Shown here: positions 1 to 9,904 of the stretch, one piece after another
How positions within the stretch are numbered: the stretch's first letter is position 1
How the letters are laid out: each line of letters starts with the position of its first letter
Source of the DNA: Thermoplasmata archaeon
Lineage (GTDB): Archaea > Thermoplasmatota > SW-10-69-26 > JACQPN01 > JAJPHT01
Length of the DNA: 64,000 bases
Reading direction: 5' to 3'
Assembly (NCBI GenBank): GCA_034667685.1
Contig: JAXDQU010000079.1
Coordinates: 33,891-97,890, forward strand
Notes under the pieces: model-generated
Seen by the model: only the letters and a program-made list of their open reading frames with translations
Database searches by the model: none
Told to the model about the DNA's origin: nothing
Made by a program: the position numbers and the translations under genes

Positions 1-375
1 CTCGTCGATGACGGCGAGGCCGTTGTCCGCGCTGACGTACACCTTGCCGCGCGTCGCGGCGACGTCGAGCGCGAGGCTGGAGGGGAGGCCGTTCATCGCG
101 GTGTAGAGCGTGCGCAGGCCGGTGGTCACGTTCTGGTGGACGACGCCGCCGGGCGCGGTGTACCAGATGTCGCCGTGCTCGTCGAACGTGACGGCGGTCA
201 CGCCGCCCAGCCCGACGAACACCGTGTCGTCGTAGCGCTGGATCGTGTCGTTCGTGCCGGGACGCGGGAACTGCACGACGTGCCCCGCCGCGCCGGCGAC
301 GGGAAGCGCGGGCGCCAGGCTCGCGAGCGCGAGGAGGACGGCCAGGAGGCGGAGGCCACGGTGGGGGGTGCGCAT
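1..375 (-). CDS. Secreted beta-propeller repeat protein (NHL/SMP-30-like). Partial: the start codon is at 373-375 and the 3' end runs off the window
   Basis: Manual minus-strand translation of 375->1 is open: MRTPHRGLRLLAVLLALASLAPALPVAGAAGHVVQF...GDIWYTAPGG...GKVYVSADNGLAVIDE. It has an N-terminal signal peptide and repeated G-x-hydrophobic-[WY] blades. It is not in the ORF track because it is truncated at the window edge. Confidence 0.5.
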   Translation of the reverse strand, partial: MRTPHRGLRLLAVLLALASLAPALPVAGAAGHVVQFPRPGTNDTIQRYDDTVFVGLGGVTAVTFDEHGDIWYTAPGGVVHQNVTTGLRTLYTAMNGLPSSLALDVAATRGKVYVSADNGLAVIDE

Positions 376-420
376 CGGACAGCCTCGTCCCTGCTAGGTG
401 GGACGCTCCGGGACCCGAAC

Positions 421-436
421 GGGGCCATATAAGCGT
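421..436 (-). promoter_or_regulatory. AT-rich TATA-like box (TTATATGG on the minus strand), about 50 nt upstream of the start codon at 375
   Basis: Isolated AT-rich octamer in 70% GC DNA. Spacing is compatible with an archaeal BRE/TATA promoter. Confidence 0.3.
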
Positions 437-482
437 TCTTTCGCAGGCGGTGGGCAACCAGCGCGCCACGAGACAATGGGGC

Positions 483-566
483 TCGACGTGTCGAACGCGG
501 GGCTCGGGGCTCTGGACTCAGGGCTCGGGGCTCCGGAGCCTTGAGTCCTGAGTCCAGAGCGCCGAG
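483..566. repeat. Long imperfect hairpin made of GGGCTCGGGGCTC-type tandem units (gctctggactcagggctcggggctcc / ggagccttgagtcctgagtccagagc)
   Basis: Inverted repeat seen directly, immediately 3' of the stop of the 569..1372 gene. Member of the window-wide hairpin class. Confidence 0.6.
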
Positions 567-568
567 CC

Positions 569-1372
569 CTACGCGGCGTTGAGCGACACGATCAGCTTCT
601 GCGTGCTCCCGGCCTGGCAGAGCGCGTCGAGCGGGCAGGCGTCGCACATCGCGCGGCTGGCGCGGTAGGGCACGCCGTTGAGGAAGAGGTCGAAGTGGTT
701 GACCGCGTCCAGGATCTCGGGCGTGAGCTGGTACTGGTCGCCCTGCTGCGCGAGGAGGCCGTGCTTCGCGAGCAGGTCGAGGCGGTCCTTGACGAACTCG
801 CCGTACTGCCAGCTCTGCGCGATCTTCTCCCACTTCCTGGCGCCCCAGCGCGTGCTCGTGTACTCGGCGCCGTGCGCGCGGCCGTACATCTCGACGAAGT
901 CGCGCGCGCCGAAGGGCTGGCTCCCCTTCGCCTGGAAGACACGGTACAATTCCAGGTTCATCGAGAGGTCGTCCGCCGTCTGCCGGTGGAGGCGCATGAA
1001 GCTGCACACCTCCCAGTGCTTGACCGGGAGCTTCCAGCGGTAGGTGTAAGCGTCGCGCAGCCCCTTGCCAAGCAGCTCGACGACGCCCAGCTCGTGGAGG
1101 TGCGCGAGCTTCTCGCGGACCTTGTGGCTCGTGAAGCCGTAGAACTCCGCGCTGCACCCCGCGCGGCTGCCGCCCTCCGAGACGAAGAGGTGGTTGGCCT
1201 TCCGGCTCGTGAAGCGCCCGACCTCCAGCTTCAGCTCCTGGTCGAGGATCAGGCTGCGGCCGCGCACGAGCGTCGTGAGGAAGGAGTCGTGGACGGTCCC
1301 GTAGACGTGGAGCTTCAGCGCCGCGAAGAACGCCTTGTCCGTGCTGAACTCGTCGACGGGAATAGCGTCCAA
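569..1372 (-). CDS. Hypothetical protein, 267 aa, no family recognised. The C-terminus has a C-x2-C-x5-C motif
   Basis: Long ORF with protein-like composition (MDAIPVDEFSTDKAFFAALKLHVYG...CDACPLDALCQ) and normal local GC. Confidence 0.5.
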   Translation of the reverse strand: MDAIPVDEFSTDKAFFAALKLHVYGTVHDSFLTTLVRGRSLILDQELKLEVGRFTSRKANHLFVSEGGSRAGCSAEFYGFTSHKVREKLAHLHELGVVELLGKGLRDAYTYRWKLPVKHWEVCSFMRLHRQTADDLSMNLELYRVFQAKGSQPFGARDFVEMYGRAHGAEYTSTRWGARKWEKIAQSWQYGEFVKDRLDLLAKHGLLAQQGDQYQLTPEILDAVNHFDLFLNGVPYRASRAMCDACPLDALCQAGSTQKLIVSLNAA

Positions 1373-1429
1373 CCTAGGCCCAGCGCTCCAGGATCGCCCG
1401 ACGCTTCCTGGCGCACTTGAAGGTTGTCC

Positions 1430-1675
1430 TCATCGCCAGAAGGAGTACTGCTCGACCAGCCGCCCGAGGCCCTGACGCTGCTCCGGCGTGATCGTCTTCG
1501 CCTCGAGCTTCTCGTCGAGGAACTGCTGCGCGTCGGCCGTGCTCTGGCGCGCGCCGCGGGCGAAGATCCCTTCGAGGAACGCGCGGACGTTCTGCTCGTC
1601 CATCCCGCCCGGGTTGCGCGCGAGCATCGCCTTCGCGTCGTGCATGAAGTGCGCCTTGCGCCCCTGCGCCATCAT
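1430..1675 (-). CDS. Small hypothetical protein, about 81 aa counted from the internal Met MMAQGRKAHF
   Basis: C-terminal half of ORF 1430..1786. The N-terminal part is Pro/Gly/Arg-rich and low complexity, so a later start was chosen. Confidence 0.25.
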   Translation of the reverse strand: MMAQGRKAHFMHDAKAMLARNPGGMDEQNVRAFLEGIFARGARQSTADAQQFLDEKLEAKTITPEQRQGLGRLVEQYSFWR

Positions 1676-1834
1676 CCGCTTGCGCGGCGTGCCCCCGCGC
1701 GGCCTCTCCTCTCCCCCGAACCGCGGCGGACCACGAGGCGCGCTGCCGTACGGAGGAGGTCGAGATTGGCCGGGCGGAGTGCTCACGAGGGGCGGTGATG
1801 TCTGGCGCGGGATAAAGGCTTCTGGAGCCTCGTC

Positions 1835-3103
1835 CTACTGCGGCGCGACGCCGAGAATGATCTCGGTGATGCCCTCCGGCTGCCAGTCGACGAGGCTGCG
1901 TCCGTCGAGAAGGATCGCGCCGTCCGACGTGGGGACGCGCCCGACGGCGGGAAGGAGCTCGGCCCCTCCGCGTGACCACGCGGGCGGGAGGTTGCCCAGC
2001 CCGAGCGCGAGCATGCCAAGATTTCGATAGCTCGTGGCGCCGGTCCCGTTGAACGAGAGGTGGGCCACGACCTCGCCGTCGACGACGGTCAGGACGCGGA
2101 CGCGGCTGGCCGGGGCTCCCGTTCCGGCGTCGGCGCCGCCGGAGCGGTCCCCGTCGGCCGCGCCGTCTCGCGTCCATGCATGCCACTGGGCCACGGGATC
2201 GCTGCTGGCAGCCCCGATCTGCACGATGCCGAGGAAGGTCAGATCCGGCAGGGCGGTCCCTTCGATCGATTCCGTCGCCGTGGGAGGCGGATCCAGGCCC
2301 GTGCGCGGCGTCCCGAAGCCGGCGGAGGCGGCGGACGTCTGCGTCGAGACCTCGAGCCAACGGCCCGCGTGGGAATCGAACTCCACGCGGTGGGCGGACG
2401 CGACGTTCAGGACGCTGCTGGCGAATTCGGAGAGGCCGAGCGGCGGGTCCGCGCGCGCGCTCACGAAGGAGAAGAACGAGGCCGCGGGCTGCGCGCTCGC
2501 GTTTCCGACGAACCGGATGCCGAGAGCGAAGCTGACGTTGCTGGGCCAGCGCAGGACGGCGTTCGCGCCCCCCTCGCCCCGGAGAAGGAAGCCGACGTCG
2601 AGGCTGACCGGGTCGCCGTCGCTCAGGTGGCGCGCCGGGAATTCGAGGATCGCAGGCGCGAAGTCCGGCGTCACCTGCGCGATGGAGGCGAGCCCCGCTT
2701 GGGCGCCGCGAACCGTGGCCGGGACGGACTCCGCCACGCCCAGGGGAACGGGATGCCCCGCGCCGTCGGCGCGGAAGAGCGCGAGCGTCCAGCCCTCGAC
2801 GTGGTCGCGGTCCGGCGGCACGGGGAACGTCGGCGCGACCTCGATGCGGAGGACCGGGCCTCTCGCGGAGGGCACGATGGCGCCCTGCGGAACGTGGACC
2901 TCAAGCACGTCCGAAGGGAACGGCCCGCTGCCCACCAGCGAAAGCACGATCGAATCGTCGAGCGCGGGATGGTCGTTGAACGGCCGTGCATGGACCCTGG
3001 CCAGGAACATGGAGGCCTCCGTCGGCGTGAGACGGCCCGGTCCGGGTGCGACGGCGCACCCTGCCAAGGCCACGAACGCCAGGACCAGCCCGAGTCGCCG
3101 CAT
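1835..3103 (-). CDS. Lipoprotein, hypothetical. Signal peptide MRRLGLVLAFVALAGC with a lipobox
   Basis: ORF 1835..3127. The second Met gives a canonical lipoprotein signal peptide with LAGC. Confidence 0.6.
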   Translation of the reverse strand: MRRLGLVLAFVALAGCAVAPGPGRLTPTEASMFLARVHARPFNDHPALDDSIVLSLVGSGPFPSDVLEVHVPQGAIVPSARGPVLRIEVAPTFPVPPDRDHVEGWTLALFRADGAGHPVPLGVAESVPATVRGAQAGLASIAQVTPDFAPAILEFPARHLSDGDPVSLDVGFLLRGEGGANAVLRWPSNVSFALGIRFVGNASAQPAASFFSFVSARADPPLGLSEFASSVLNVASAHRVEFDSHAGRWLEVSTQTSAASAGFGTPRTGLDPPPTATESIEGTALPDLTFLGIVQIGAASSDPVAQWHAWTRDGAADGDRSGGADAGTGAPASRVRVLTVVDGEVVAHLSFNGTGATSYRNLGMLALGLGNLPPAWSRGGAELLPAVGRVPTSDGAILLDGRSLVDWQPEGITEIILGVAPQ

Positions 3104-3145
3104 GCCCTTCCCGTCTCGCCAAGACATTCCGATCCGGCCTGAACG

Positions 3146-3853
3146 TTACGGCGGTGGCGGCAGACGCTGGAGGAGCTCCGAAGAAAGTGTCGCCACGCCT
3201 TCGTCGTCGACGGTGTTGATGGTGATCTTGGTGTTGCAGACCTGGCTCGATCCCACCGAATCCCCCGGGTCGAAGAGCTGTCTGATCGCGGGCGGCACGT
3301 CGAGCCCGTTGACGACGTTCACTTTGAAGCACGCGCCCTTGTCCCAGAAGCCGATCTTGCCGGGCTCGACGACCTCGGCGGTCCATTTCCCGCTGGCGGT
3401 CGGGGTCTGGCAGCCGCCCGTCGGGCCGACGTAGGAGCAACCGGTCGTCTCCGTCTCCTGCTGTCCGAAGTCGGCCGTCACGACGCGAGGCCCGATCCCG
3501 CCGAACGCGACGACGTTGCCCGTCCAGGTCCCATGGCACGAGATGTGGGTCGAGACGTCGGCGGCGGTGTCCGCGTACACGTAGCCGATCAGCACGAAGT
3601 CGACGTAGAAGAGGCGCTGCGCCACCTTGGCCGAGTAGGCGAGGTTGCAGGTGCCCTCGATCGAGCCGCAAACCTGGTAGCTTGGGTCCGGGGACGGATC
3701 GAGCGCGTTCGTGACGACAAGCGCGGTCGCGCTCGTGTCGCAGCCGACGAACGCCTGGGTCGAGGCGAGCGCGGTCGTGGCCACGCCGGCAGCCGGCGTG
3801 ACGAACGGCAGGAGCAGGAGGGAGCCGATGACGAGCGCGCTCGCGCGGGGCAT
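3146..3853 (-). CDS. Secreted Cys-rich hypothetical protein, start taken at MPRASALVIGSLLLLPF
   Basis: ORF 3146..4045. The N-terminal 64 codons overlap the downstream transketolase gene and are Arg-rich junk. The internal Met gives a clean signal peptide. Ten Cys residues. Confidence 0.5.
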   Translation of the reverse strand: MPRASALVIGSLLLLPFVTPAAGVATTALASTQAFVGCDTSATALVVTNALDPSPDPSYQVCGSIEGTCNLAYSAKVAQRLFYVDFVLIGYVYADTAADVSTHISCHGTWTGNVVAFGGIGPRVVTADFGQQETETTGCSYVGPTGGCQTPTASGKWTAEVVEPGKIGFWDKGACFKVNVVNGLDVPPAIRQLFDPGDSVGSSQVCNTKITINTVDDEGVATLSSELLQRLPPPP

Positions 3854-3915
3854 GCGGAGAGAGAGCGTCCGCGCGAGCAAGGCTGTTACTCGCCCGCACC
3901 CGCGAAGATGCGATC

Positions 3916-4872
3916 CTACGCCTTCAGAACGTCGCGCGCCGCCTCCGCGATGTGCTGCCACGTCAGGCCGTACTTCTCCATGAGGTCGCGCTCCTCGCCC
4001 GATTCGCCGAAGGTGTCGCGCACGCCGATGCGGCGCACGGGGCACGGGTGGTTCTCGGCGACGACCTCGCAGACCGCGCTGCCCAGGCCGCCGTAGACCG
4101 AGTGCTCCTCGGCCGTGACGATGCCCTTGGTCTCGCGCGCGGCGGCGAGGATCGCGTCCTTGTCGATGGGCTTGACCGTGTGGATCAGCACGACGCGCGG
4201 GTCGGCGCCCTCGGCCACGAGCGCGTCGGCGGCGCGCATCGTCTCGTACACCATCGTGCCGCAGCCGATGAGCGTGATATCACGGCCCTCGCGCAGCGTG
4301 ATGGCCTTGCCGATCTCGGTGTCGTAGACCTGCGGCAGGAGCGCGGTGTCGCCGCGCGGCAGGCGCACGTAGGCCGGCCCGGGCGTCTCGGCCACGAGGC
4401 GGATGATGTCGCTGGTCTGCGGCCCGTCCGCTGGGACGAAGACGCGCATGTTGGGGAGGCCGCGCATCAGCGAGATGTCCTCGAGCATCTGGTGCGTCGC
4501 GCCGTCGCCGCCCACGCTGATGCCGCTGTGCGTGGCGACGATCTTGACGGGGAGGTTGGCGTACGCGATCGACTGGCGGATGACGTTGTAGGGCTGGCCC
4601 GTGGCGAACGCGGCGAACGTGCTCGCGAAGACGGTCTTGCCCGCGGCGGCGAGGCCCGCGGCCACGCCCATGAGGTTCAGCTCCGCGATGCCCATGTCGA
4701 AGAAGCGATCGGGGTACATCGTGCCGAAGCGCTTCGTCTTCGTCGAGAGCGCGAGGTCGGCGTCGAGCACGACCACGTTGGGGTTCGTGCGGCCCAGCTC
4801 GATGAGCGCCTGCGCGTAGGCGTCCTTGAGCGCCATGCGCGGCTGGTCGGGCTTCGTGAGGGTGGCGCTCAT
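3916..4872 (-). CDS. Transketolase, C-terminal subunit
   Basis: MSATLTKPDQPRMALKDAYAQALIELG...pyrimidine-binding and C-terminal domains. Start taken at the Met 141 codons into ORF 3916..5292. ATGA overlap with the upstream subunit gene. Confidence 0.9.
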   Translation of the reverse strand: MSATLTKPDQPRMALKDAYAQALIELGRTNPNVVVLDADLALSTKTKRFGTMYPDRFFDMGIAELNLMGVAAGLAAAGKTVFASTFAAFATGQPYNVIRQSIAYANLPVKIVATHSGISVGGDGATHQMLEDISLMRGLPNMRVFVPADGPQTSDIIRLVAETPGPAYVRLPRGDTALLPQVYDTEIGKAITLREGRDITLIGCGTMVYETMRAADALVAEGADPRVVLIHTVKPIDKDAILAAARETKGIVTAEEHSVYGGLGSAVCEVVAENHPCPVRRIGVRDTFGESGEERDLMEKYGLTWQHIAEAARDVLKA

Positions 4873-5753
4873 TGCGCGACCACCGCCTGGGGGGCGAGCG
4901 CCGCGCGACGCTGCGCGAGCCGCATCTTGCTGATGTCGAACTCGGTGTGCGCCTTGACGAGCTCGTCCTTGCTGGGCGCCTTGCCGTGGAACGATAGCGT
5001 GCCTTCCATGTAGCTGACGCCCTTGCCCTTGACCGTGTGCGCGATGATCATCGTGGGGCGGCCAGTGACGCGCTGCGCCTTCTCGAGCGCGCCGAGGATC
5101 TCCTCGTAGTTGTGGCCGTCGATCTCCAGCACGTGCCAGCCGAACGCGCGCCAGCGCTCGGCGGCGGGCTCGACGCTCATGATCTCCTCGGTGGGCCCGT
5201 CGATCTGCAGGCCGTTGCGGTCCAGGATGCCCACGAGGTTGTCCAGGCGGTAGTGGCTCGCGGCCATCGCCGCCTCCCAGATCTGGCCGCACTGGTTCTC
5301 GCCGTCGCCGATGATGCAGTAGACGCGGTGCCTGCTCCCATCGATCTTGCCCGCGAGCGCCATGCCCACGGCGCCCGAGAGGCCCTGCCCCTCGCTGCCG
5401 CCGTTGAACTCGACGCCCGGCGTCTTGTTGATGTCAGGGTGGCCCTGGAGCCGGCTGTTGATCTTGCGCAGGGTCTTCAGCCACTCCTCGGGGAAGTAGC
5501 CCTGCTTGGCGAGCACCGCGTAGAGCGCCGGGCAGCAGTGCCCCTTGCTCATGATGACGCGGTCGCGCTTCTCCCACTTCGGGTTCGAAGGGTCGTGCCG
5601 CATCTGCTCCCAGTAGAGGCAGGTGAGGACGTCGATGATGCCCAACGAGCCGCCCGGGTGCCCCGAGCCGGCCTCGTAGATCATGTCGATGATGCTGCGG
5701 CGAAGCTCCAGAGCCGTGTCTTCCAGCTCGAGCAGGCGCTCCTGCGTGACCAA
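4869..5753 (-). CDS. Transketolase, N-terminal (TPP-binding) subunit
   Basis: LELRRSIIDMIYEAGSGHPGGSLGIIDVL...GDGENQCGQIWEAAMAASHYRLDNL. TTG start preceded by AGGAGA, chosen because the upstream ORF extension has no homology. A split tkt is typical of archaea. Confidence 0.88.
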   Translation of the reverse strand: MVTQERLLELEDTALELRRSIIDMIYEAGSGHPGGSLGIIDVLTCLYWEQMRHDPSNPKWEKRDRVIMSKGHCCPALYAVLAKQGYFPEEWLKTLRKINSRLQGHPDINKTPGVEFNGGSEGQGLSGAVGMALAGKIDGSRHRVYCIIGDGENQCGQIWEAAMAASHYRLDNLVGILDRNGLQIDGPTEEIMSVEPAAERWRAFGWHVLEIDGHNYEEILGALEKAQRVTGRPTMIIAHTVKGKGVSYMEGTLSFHGKAPSKDELVKAHTEFDISKMRLAQRRAALAPQAVVAQ

Positions 5754-5925
5754 TGCAACCAGTCTCCTTGCGGCCGGGGCGCTGGGTGGCTCGGTCGGCC
5801 CATCGAAGGGCGGCTTTGCCGTGCCCTGGCGGCACGCTGCGCTACACGGGGTCGCTACATGAACGTTCCGCGCGAGGCGCGGCCTAGCCACCAACGTTTT
5901 GCGCGGCAAGCGCTTCCGACCCGCC

Positions 5926-7302
5926 ATGTCGGAGACGAGCGCCACCGCGGGCACGCTGCGAATCGGGCGGCTGCTCCTCCCCGCGGGGCGCTCGCTTCCC
6001 GCGGACGCCTGGGAGGCGCGCCACCGTGGCGTCCTCTACCTGCTCGCGGCGCACGCGGCGGGGCTCGCGGCCTTCGGCGTGGCGCTCGGGTGGCCCGCGT
6101 GGCACGCGATGCTCGAAGGCGGGCTCGTCGCGGCCATCGGCATCGTCGCGGCACAGCGGCGGCTCTCGCGGCGCGCGCGGAGCGTCGTGGCGTCGTTCGG
6201 CCTCATGTCGTGCTCGGCGATCCTCGTTCACCTCTCGGGCGGCTACATCGAGGCGCACTTCCACTTCTTCGTCATGCTGGGCGTCGTCTTCCTCTACGAG
6301 GATTGGCTCCCCTACGTGCTCGCGGTGGGCTTCGTCGCGATCCACCACGGCGTGGTCGGCACGCTCGACCCGCACAGCGTGTTCAACCACCCCTCCGGCA
6401 TCTCGGACCCGTGGGTGTTCGCCCTCATCCACGCGCTCTTCATCCTTGGGCTCTCCGCCGCGCTGCTGGTCGCCTGGAACGCGATCGAGCGCGCCCGCCT
6501 CTCCGAGCAGGACGCCCTCGGCAAGGCGGACGAGATGAAGCGCCAGCTCCAGCTCCACGAGAAGATGGCGGCCCTCGGAAGCCTCGTCTCGGGGCTCGCG
6601 CACGAGGTCCGCACGCCGCTGACCGTCGTCGCCACGAGCGCCGCCATCCTCGAGGCCGGCGCGCGGCGCGACCCGGGCAACCCGATGTCGGGGCGCGTCC
6701 TCTCGCAGGCGGAGGAGATCCGCGTCAGCGTCGACCGCATCAACGCCCTCGTCGCGCAGCTCCGGAGGTTCCACACGCTGGCCCCGGAGGAGATGCGCGT
6801 CGGGCCGCTCGACCCCGTGGTGCGGGAGGCCGTGAGCCTCTTCGCGCGCGTCAACCGCCACGCGCGCGCCCTGTCGCTGGAGATCGAGGACACGAGCCCG
6901 GCGCGCCTCCATCCGCTCGGCGTGCACCAGGTCGTGCTCAACCTGCTCTCGAACGCCGTCGAGGCGACCAGCGCGGAGACGGGGCGCATCGTGGTGCGCA
7001 CGCGCAGCGAGCCGGGCCACGCCGTGCTGGAGATCGAGGACAACGGCTGCGGGATGGACGAGCGCGCGCGGCAGAAGGCGTTCGATCCACTCTTCACGAC
7101 GAAGCCGGACGGGATGGGACTCGGGCTGCACATCGTGCGCCGCATCGTCGAGGCGCACGAGGGCTCGGTCTCGGTCGTCAGCCAGCCGGGCCGGGGGACG
7201 ACGTTCACGCTGCGCTTCCCGGTCGCGGCGCCCAGCGTGGCGTCGGATGCGTCCAGCCAGGTGCCCGTGCGCGCCCCGTCGCCGGGCGCGGCCGCGAGCT
7301 AG
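5926..7302 (+). CDS. Sensor histidine kinase with an N-terminal multi-TM sensor, HisKA and HATPase_c domains
   Basis: Five or six TM helices, then H-box LAHEVRTPL, N-box NLLSNAVEA and G-boxes DNGCGMD / GMGLGL. No response regulator nearby. Confidence 0.85.
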   Translation: MSETSATAGTLRIGRLLLPAGRSLPADAWEARHRGVLYLLAAHAAGLAAFGVALGWPAWHAMLEGGLVAAIGIVAAQRRLSRRARSVVASFGLMSCSAILVHLSGGYIEAHFHFFVMLGVVFLYEDWLPYVLAVGFVAIHHGVVGTLDPHSVFNHPSGISDPWVFALIHALFILGLSAALLVAWNAIERARLSEQDALGKADEMKRQLQLHEKMAALGSLVSGLAHEVRTPLTVVATSAAILEAGARRDPGNPMSGRVLSQAEEIRVSVDRINALVAQLRRFHTLAPEEMRVGPLDPVVREAVSLFARVNRHARALSLEIEDTSPARLHPLGVHQVVLNLLSNAVEATSAETGRIVVRTRSEPGHAVLEIEDNGCGMDERARQKAFDPLFTTKPDGMGLGLHIVRRIVEAHEGSVSVVSQPGRGTTFTLRFPVAAPSVASDASSQVPVRAPSPGAAAS

Positions 7303-8348
7303 AACTGCGCCTTCGCGCCCGTCAGCGCGACGCCCGCGGAGGGCACGCCGATCCCGCTGCCGGCCTCGACGCGCCCGACGCGCTGCGCGGGGAAGTGCTT
7401 GGCGAGGATGGCGACGGCGCGCTCGGCGTGCTCGGGCGCGACGATCACGCACAGGCCCATGCCCATGTTGAAGGTGCGCCACATCTCGTCCTCCGCGACG
7501 TGGCCCCAGCGCTGGACCGCGCGCAGGACCTCGGGCACCGGGAGGGGCGCGTCGATCACGTAGCGCACGTCCTTCTTGAGGCGCGGGACGTTGAGGAGGC
7601 CGGAGCCGGTGACGTGGCTGATGCCGTGCACTGCGCCGTGCGGCAGGGCCGATAGCAATTCGAGCGCGGCGCGCACGTAGATGCGGGTGGGCGCGAGCAG
7701 CGCCTCGCCGACGGTCTGGCCCGAGGGGAGCTTGTCGTCGAGCTTGACGCCCGCCTTCTCCATCGCGCGGCGGATGAGCGTGTAGCCGTTGCTGTGCGGG
7801 CCGCTGGAGGCGACGCCGACCATGATATCACCCGGCGCGATGGCGGCGCCCGAGACGATGCGGTCCTTGCGCACGACGCCCAGCACGGTGCCCGCGAGGT
7901 CGAAGCCCTTGACGAGCGAGGGAAGGACGGCCGTCTCGCCGCCCACGATGGTCATGTTGCTCTGGCGCGCGCCCTCGTTGAGGCCCTTCGCCAGCTCCGC
8001 GACGAGATGCGGGTCGGGCTTGTCGATGGCGAGGTAGTCCACGAACGCGATCGGCTCGGCGCCCACGCACACGGCGTCGTTGACGTTCATCGCGACGCAG
8101 TCGATGCCCACGGTGTCCCACTTGCGCATCGCGTTGGCGATCTCGAGCTTGGTGCCCACGCCGTCGGTGGCCAAGACCAGCGCGTGCTCGCCGAACTCGA
8201 CCATGCCCGCGAAGTGGCCCGCGCCGCCCAGCGGCCGGCCCATGCCGGTGCGCGCGTAGGAGAGGAGCCCGACCATCGCCTTCGCGGCCTCGTCCTTGGC
8301 CTGGATGTCCACGCCCGCGCCCGCGTAGGTCAGCGGCTCGTCCTTCAT
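7299..8348 (-). CDS. purM: Phosphoribosylformylglycinamidine cyclo-ligase (AIR synthetase)
   Basis: Full-length PurM match: MKDEPLTYAGAGVDIQAKDEA...GVGTKLEIA...SGPHSNGYTLIRR. Confidence 0.95.
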   Translation of the reverse strand: MKDEPLTYAGAGVDIQAKDEAAKAMVGLLSYARTGMGRPLGGAGHFAGMVEFGEHALVLATDGVGTKLEIANAMRKWDTVGIDCVAMNVNDAVCVGAEPIAFVDYLAIDKPDPHLVAELAKGLNEGARQSNMTIVGGETAVLPSLVKGFDLAGTVLGVVRKDRIVSGAAIAPGDIMVGVASSGPHSNGYTLIRRAMEKAGVKLDDKLPSGQTVGEALLAPTRIYVRAALELLSALPHGAVHGISHVTGSGLLNVPRLKKDVRYVIDAPLPVPEVLRAVQRWGHVAEDEMWRTFNMGMGLCVIVAPEHAERAVAILAKHFPAQRVGRVEAGSGIGVPSAGVALTGAKAQF

Positions 8349-8373
8349 GGGGCGGCGATGCCCGGGCGCCTGT

Positions 8374-9216
8374 TCAAGGCTTCGGCGCCGGTTGCCCGAG
8401 GTGACCCGCGGGCTCGCGCCTCGACTGCCGCCAGCGCAGCACGACGCCCACGCCCAGCGAGACGCACGCCGCGAACGCGAGGCAGGCCAGCGTGCCCCAG
8501 AGGATGCCCAACGCGGGATAGGCGAACGCGATGGCGACGCCGAAGAGCGCCGGCGCCGCGGTGCCCGCGACCATGACGCGCACGGTCGCGCCGGTGAAGT
8601 CCGCGCCGCGCTTGCGCGTGAGGATGACCATCGTCGTGATGAATCCGCTCGGGAAGACGCTGGCGAGCCCGCCGAGGATCGGGCCGCCGTAGTGCGCCAC
8701 GACGATGCTGCCCGCGACGACGGCGCCCGCGCCCGCCGCGCGCCCCGCGAGCTTCCACCACGAGAGGGGCGCGGGGCGCGCGGGTGGCGCGGCGTGGACC
8801 CGCGGCAGCCGCGCCAGCAGCAGGAGCGCCACGACCGCGCTCAAGGCCCAGAGCGGGAACGACCAGGCGAGCCCCGCGGGGAGCCACAGCACGATCGCGA
8901 GGCCCGCCGCGGCCCAGAGCGCGAGCGCCGCAGCGATGGCGGGCCAGGGCGCGAGGCGGCGCACGAGCAGCGCGGTGGCCGCGATGAAGACGACGTTGGC
9001 CGCCATCCCGGCCGGGGTCGCGGTGGCGCTCTGCGCGGCGAAGGCGACGCCCTCGTTCAACGCGATGAGGACCAGCGAGACCGTGACCTTCACGGGGAAT
9101 GATAGCAGCAGGCCGCCCACGCGCGGGTTGCCACGCTCGGCGATCGTCGTGAACGCGGCGACGGTCCCTCCGCCCACGAGGAAGGAGAGCGCCAGGCGCG
9201 CCAGGTAGGCGTCCAC
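8374..9216 (-). CDS. Integral membrane protein, hypothetical, about 8 TM
   Basis: Hydrophobic helices throughout. No conserved motif recognised. Confidence 0.5.
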   Translation of the reverse strand: MDAYLARLALSFLVGGGTVAAFTTIAERGNPRVGGLLLSFPVKVTVSLVLIALNEGVAFAAQSATATPAGMAANVVFIAATALLVRRLAPWPAIAAALALWAAAGLAIVLWLPAGLAWSFPLWALSAVVALLLLARLPRVHAAPPARPAPLSWWKLAGRAAGAGAVVAGSIVVAHYGGPILGGLASVFPSGFITTMVILTRKRGADFTGATVRVMVAGTAAPALFGVAIAFAYPALGILWGTLACLAFAACVSLGVGVVLRWRQSRREPAGHLGQPAPKP

Positions 9217-9241
9217 GCGGCGCGAGACGGAGGGCCGGATT

Positions 9242-9847
9242 TCAGGCTTTCCTCAGCGCTGCTTCGTCCGCGCCAGCAGGCCCAGCGCGAGGATACAGGA
9301 GCACGATGCCCGCGCCCATGGCGCCCAGCTGCGCGCGCGAGAGCTGCGGCGGGTCGGACGAAGCCTCCGCCGCCAAGAGGGTCGAGGGCGGCGCGCCCCT
9401 CGCGCGTTCGGGCGCGGCGGCCGGCGCGGGCGCCTGGGGAGCGTCCGAAGAAGGCGCGCCGGCGGCCGGCGGATCCTGCGCCGCGGAGGAGCCGCCCGGG
9501 GAGGACGTGGGCGCCGGCGCGCCGGTGGACACGTTGCCGTCGGGCGTCAGCGGGAGCGTCCAGTCCGTGGGGGGCTCGGGGAGGACGGGCTGCTGCGCGA
9601 CCGGGGCGGGCTGGGGCGAGGGCGAGGGCGGGGGAGAAGGCGCGGGCGAGGGCGAGGGCGATGGGACGACGGGCGCGGCGGCGCGCTGCCCCGGCACGAC
9701 GTCCGCGGTGGGGTCCCACGTCCCGGTGTCCACGACCTGGGGCGCGTCGGGCACCGTGACGGTCGCGTCCGCGGCGGAGAGCGAGGGCACCCCCGAGGTG
9801 GGCGTCAACGTGAGGGCGAGGAGCATGGTCCCCAGCGCGATCCCCAT
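9242..9847 (-). CDS. Pro/Ser/Ala-rich cell-surface protein with an N-terminal signal peptide and a C-terminal TM anchor
   Basis: Signal peptide MGIALGTMLLALTLTPTSG, long PSPSPSPAPSPPPSPSPQP low-complexity linker, C-terminal hydrophobic segment AMGAGIVLLY. Confidence 0.4.
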   Translation of the reverse strand: MGIALGTMLLALTLTPTSGVPSLSAADATVTVPDAPQVVDTGTWDPTADVVPGQRAAAPVVPSPSPSPAPSPPPSPSPQPAPVAQQPVLPEPPTDWTLPLTPDGNVSTGAPAPTSSPGGSSAAQDPPAAGAPSSDAPQAPAPAAAPERARGAPPSTLLAAEASSDPPQLSRAQLGAMGAGIVLLYPRAGPAGADEAALRKA

Positions 9848-9904
9848 CGGGCCTGACCTCGTCGCAAGGGATCATAAGGCTGAGGGGCGGGCCGAGCCGG
9901 ACGA

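Noticed and set aside
136-432. 98-aa plus-strand ORF at the window start
   Set aside because: It is antisense to the signal-peptide region of a better-supported minus-strand secreted propeller gene
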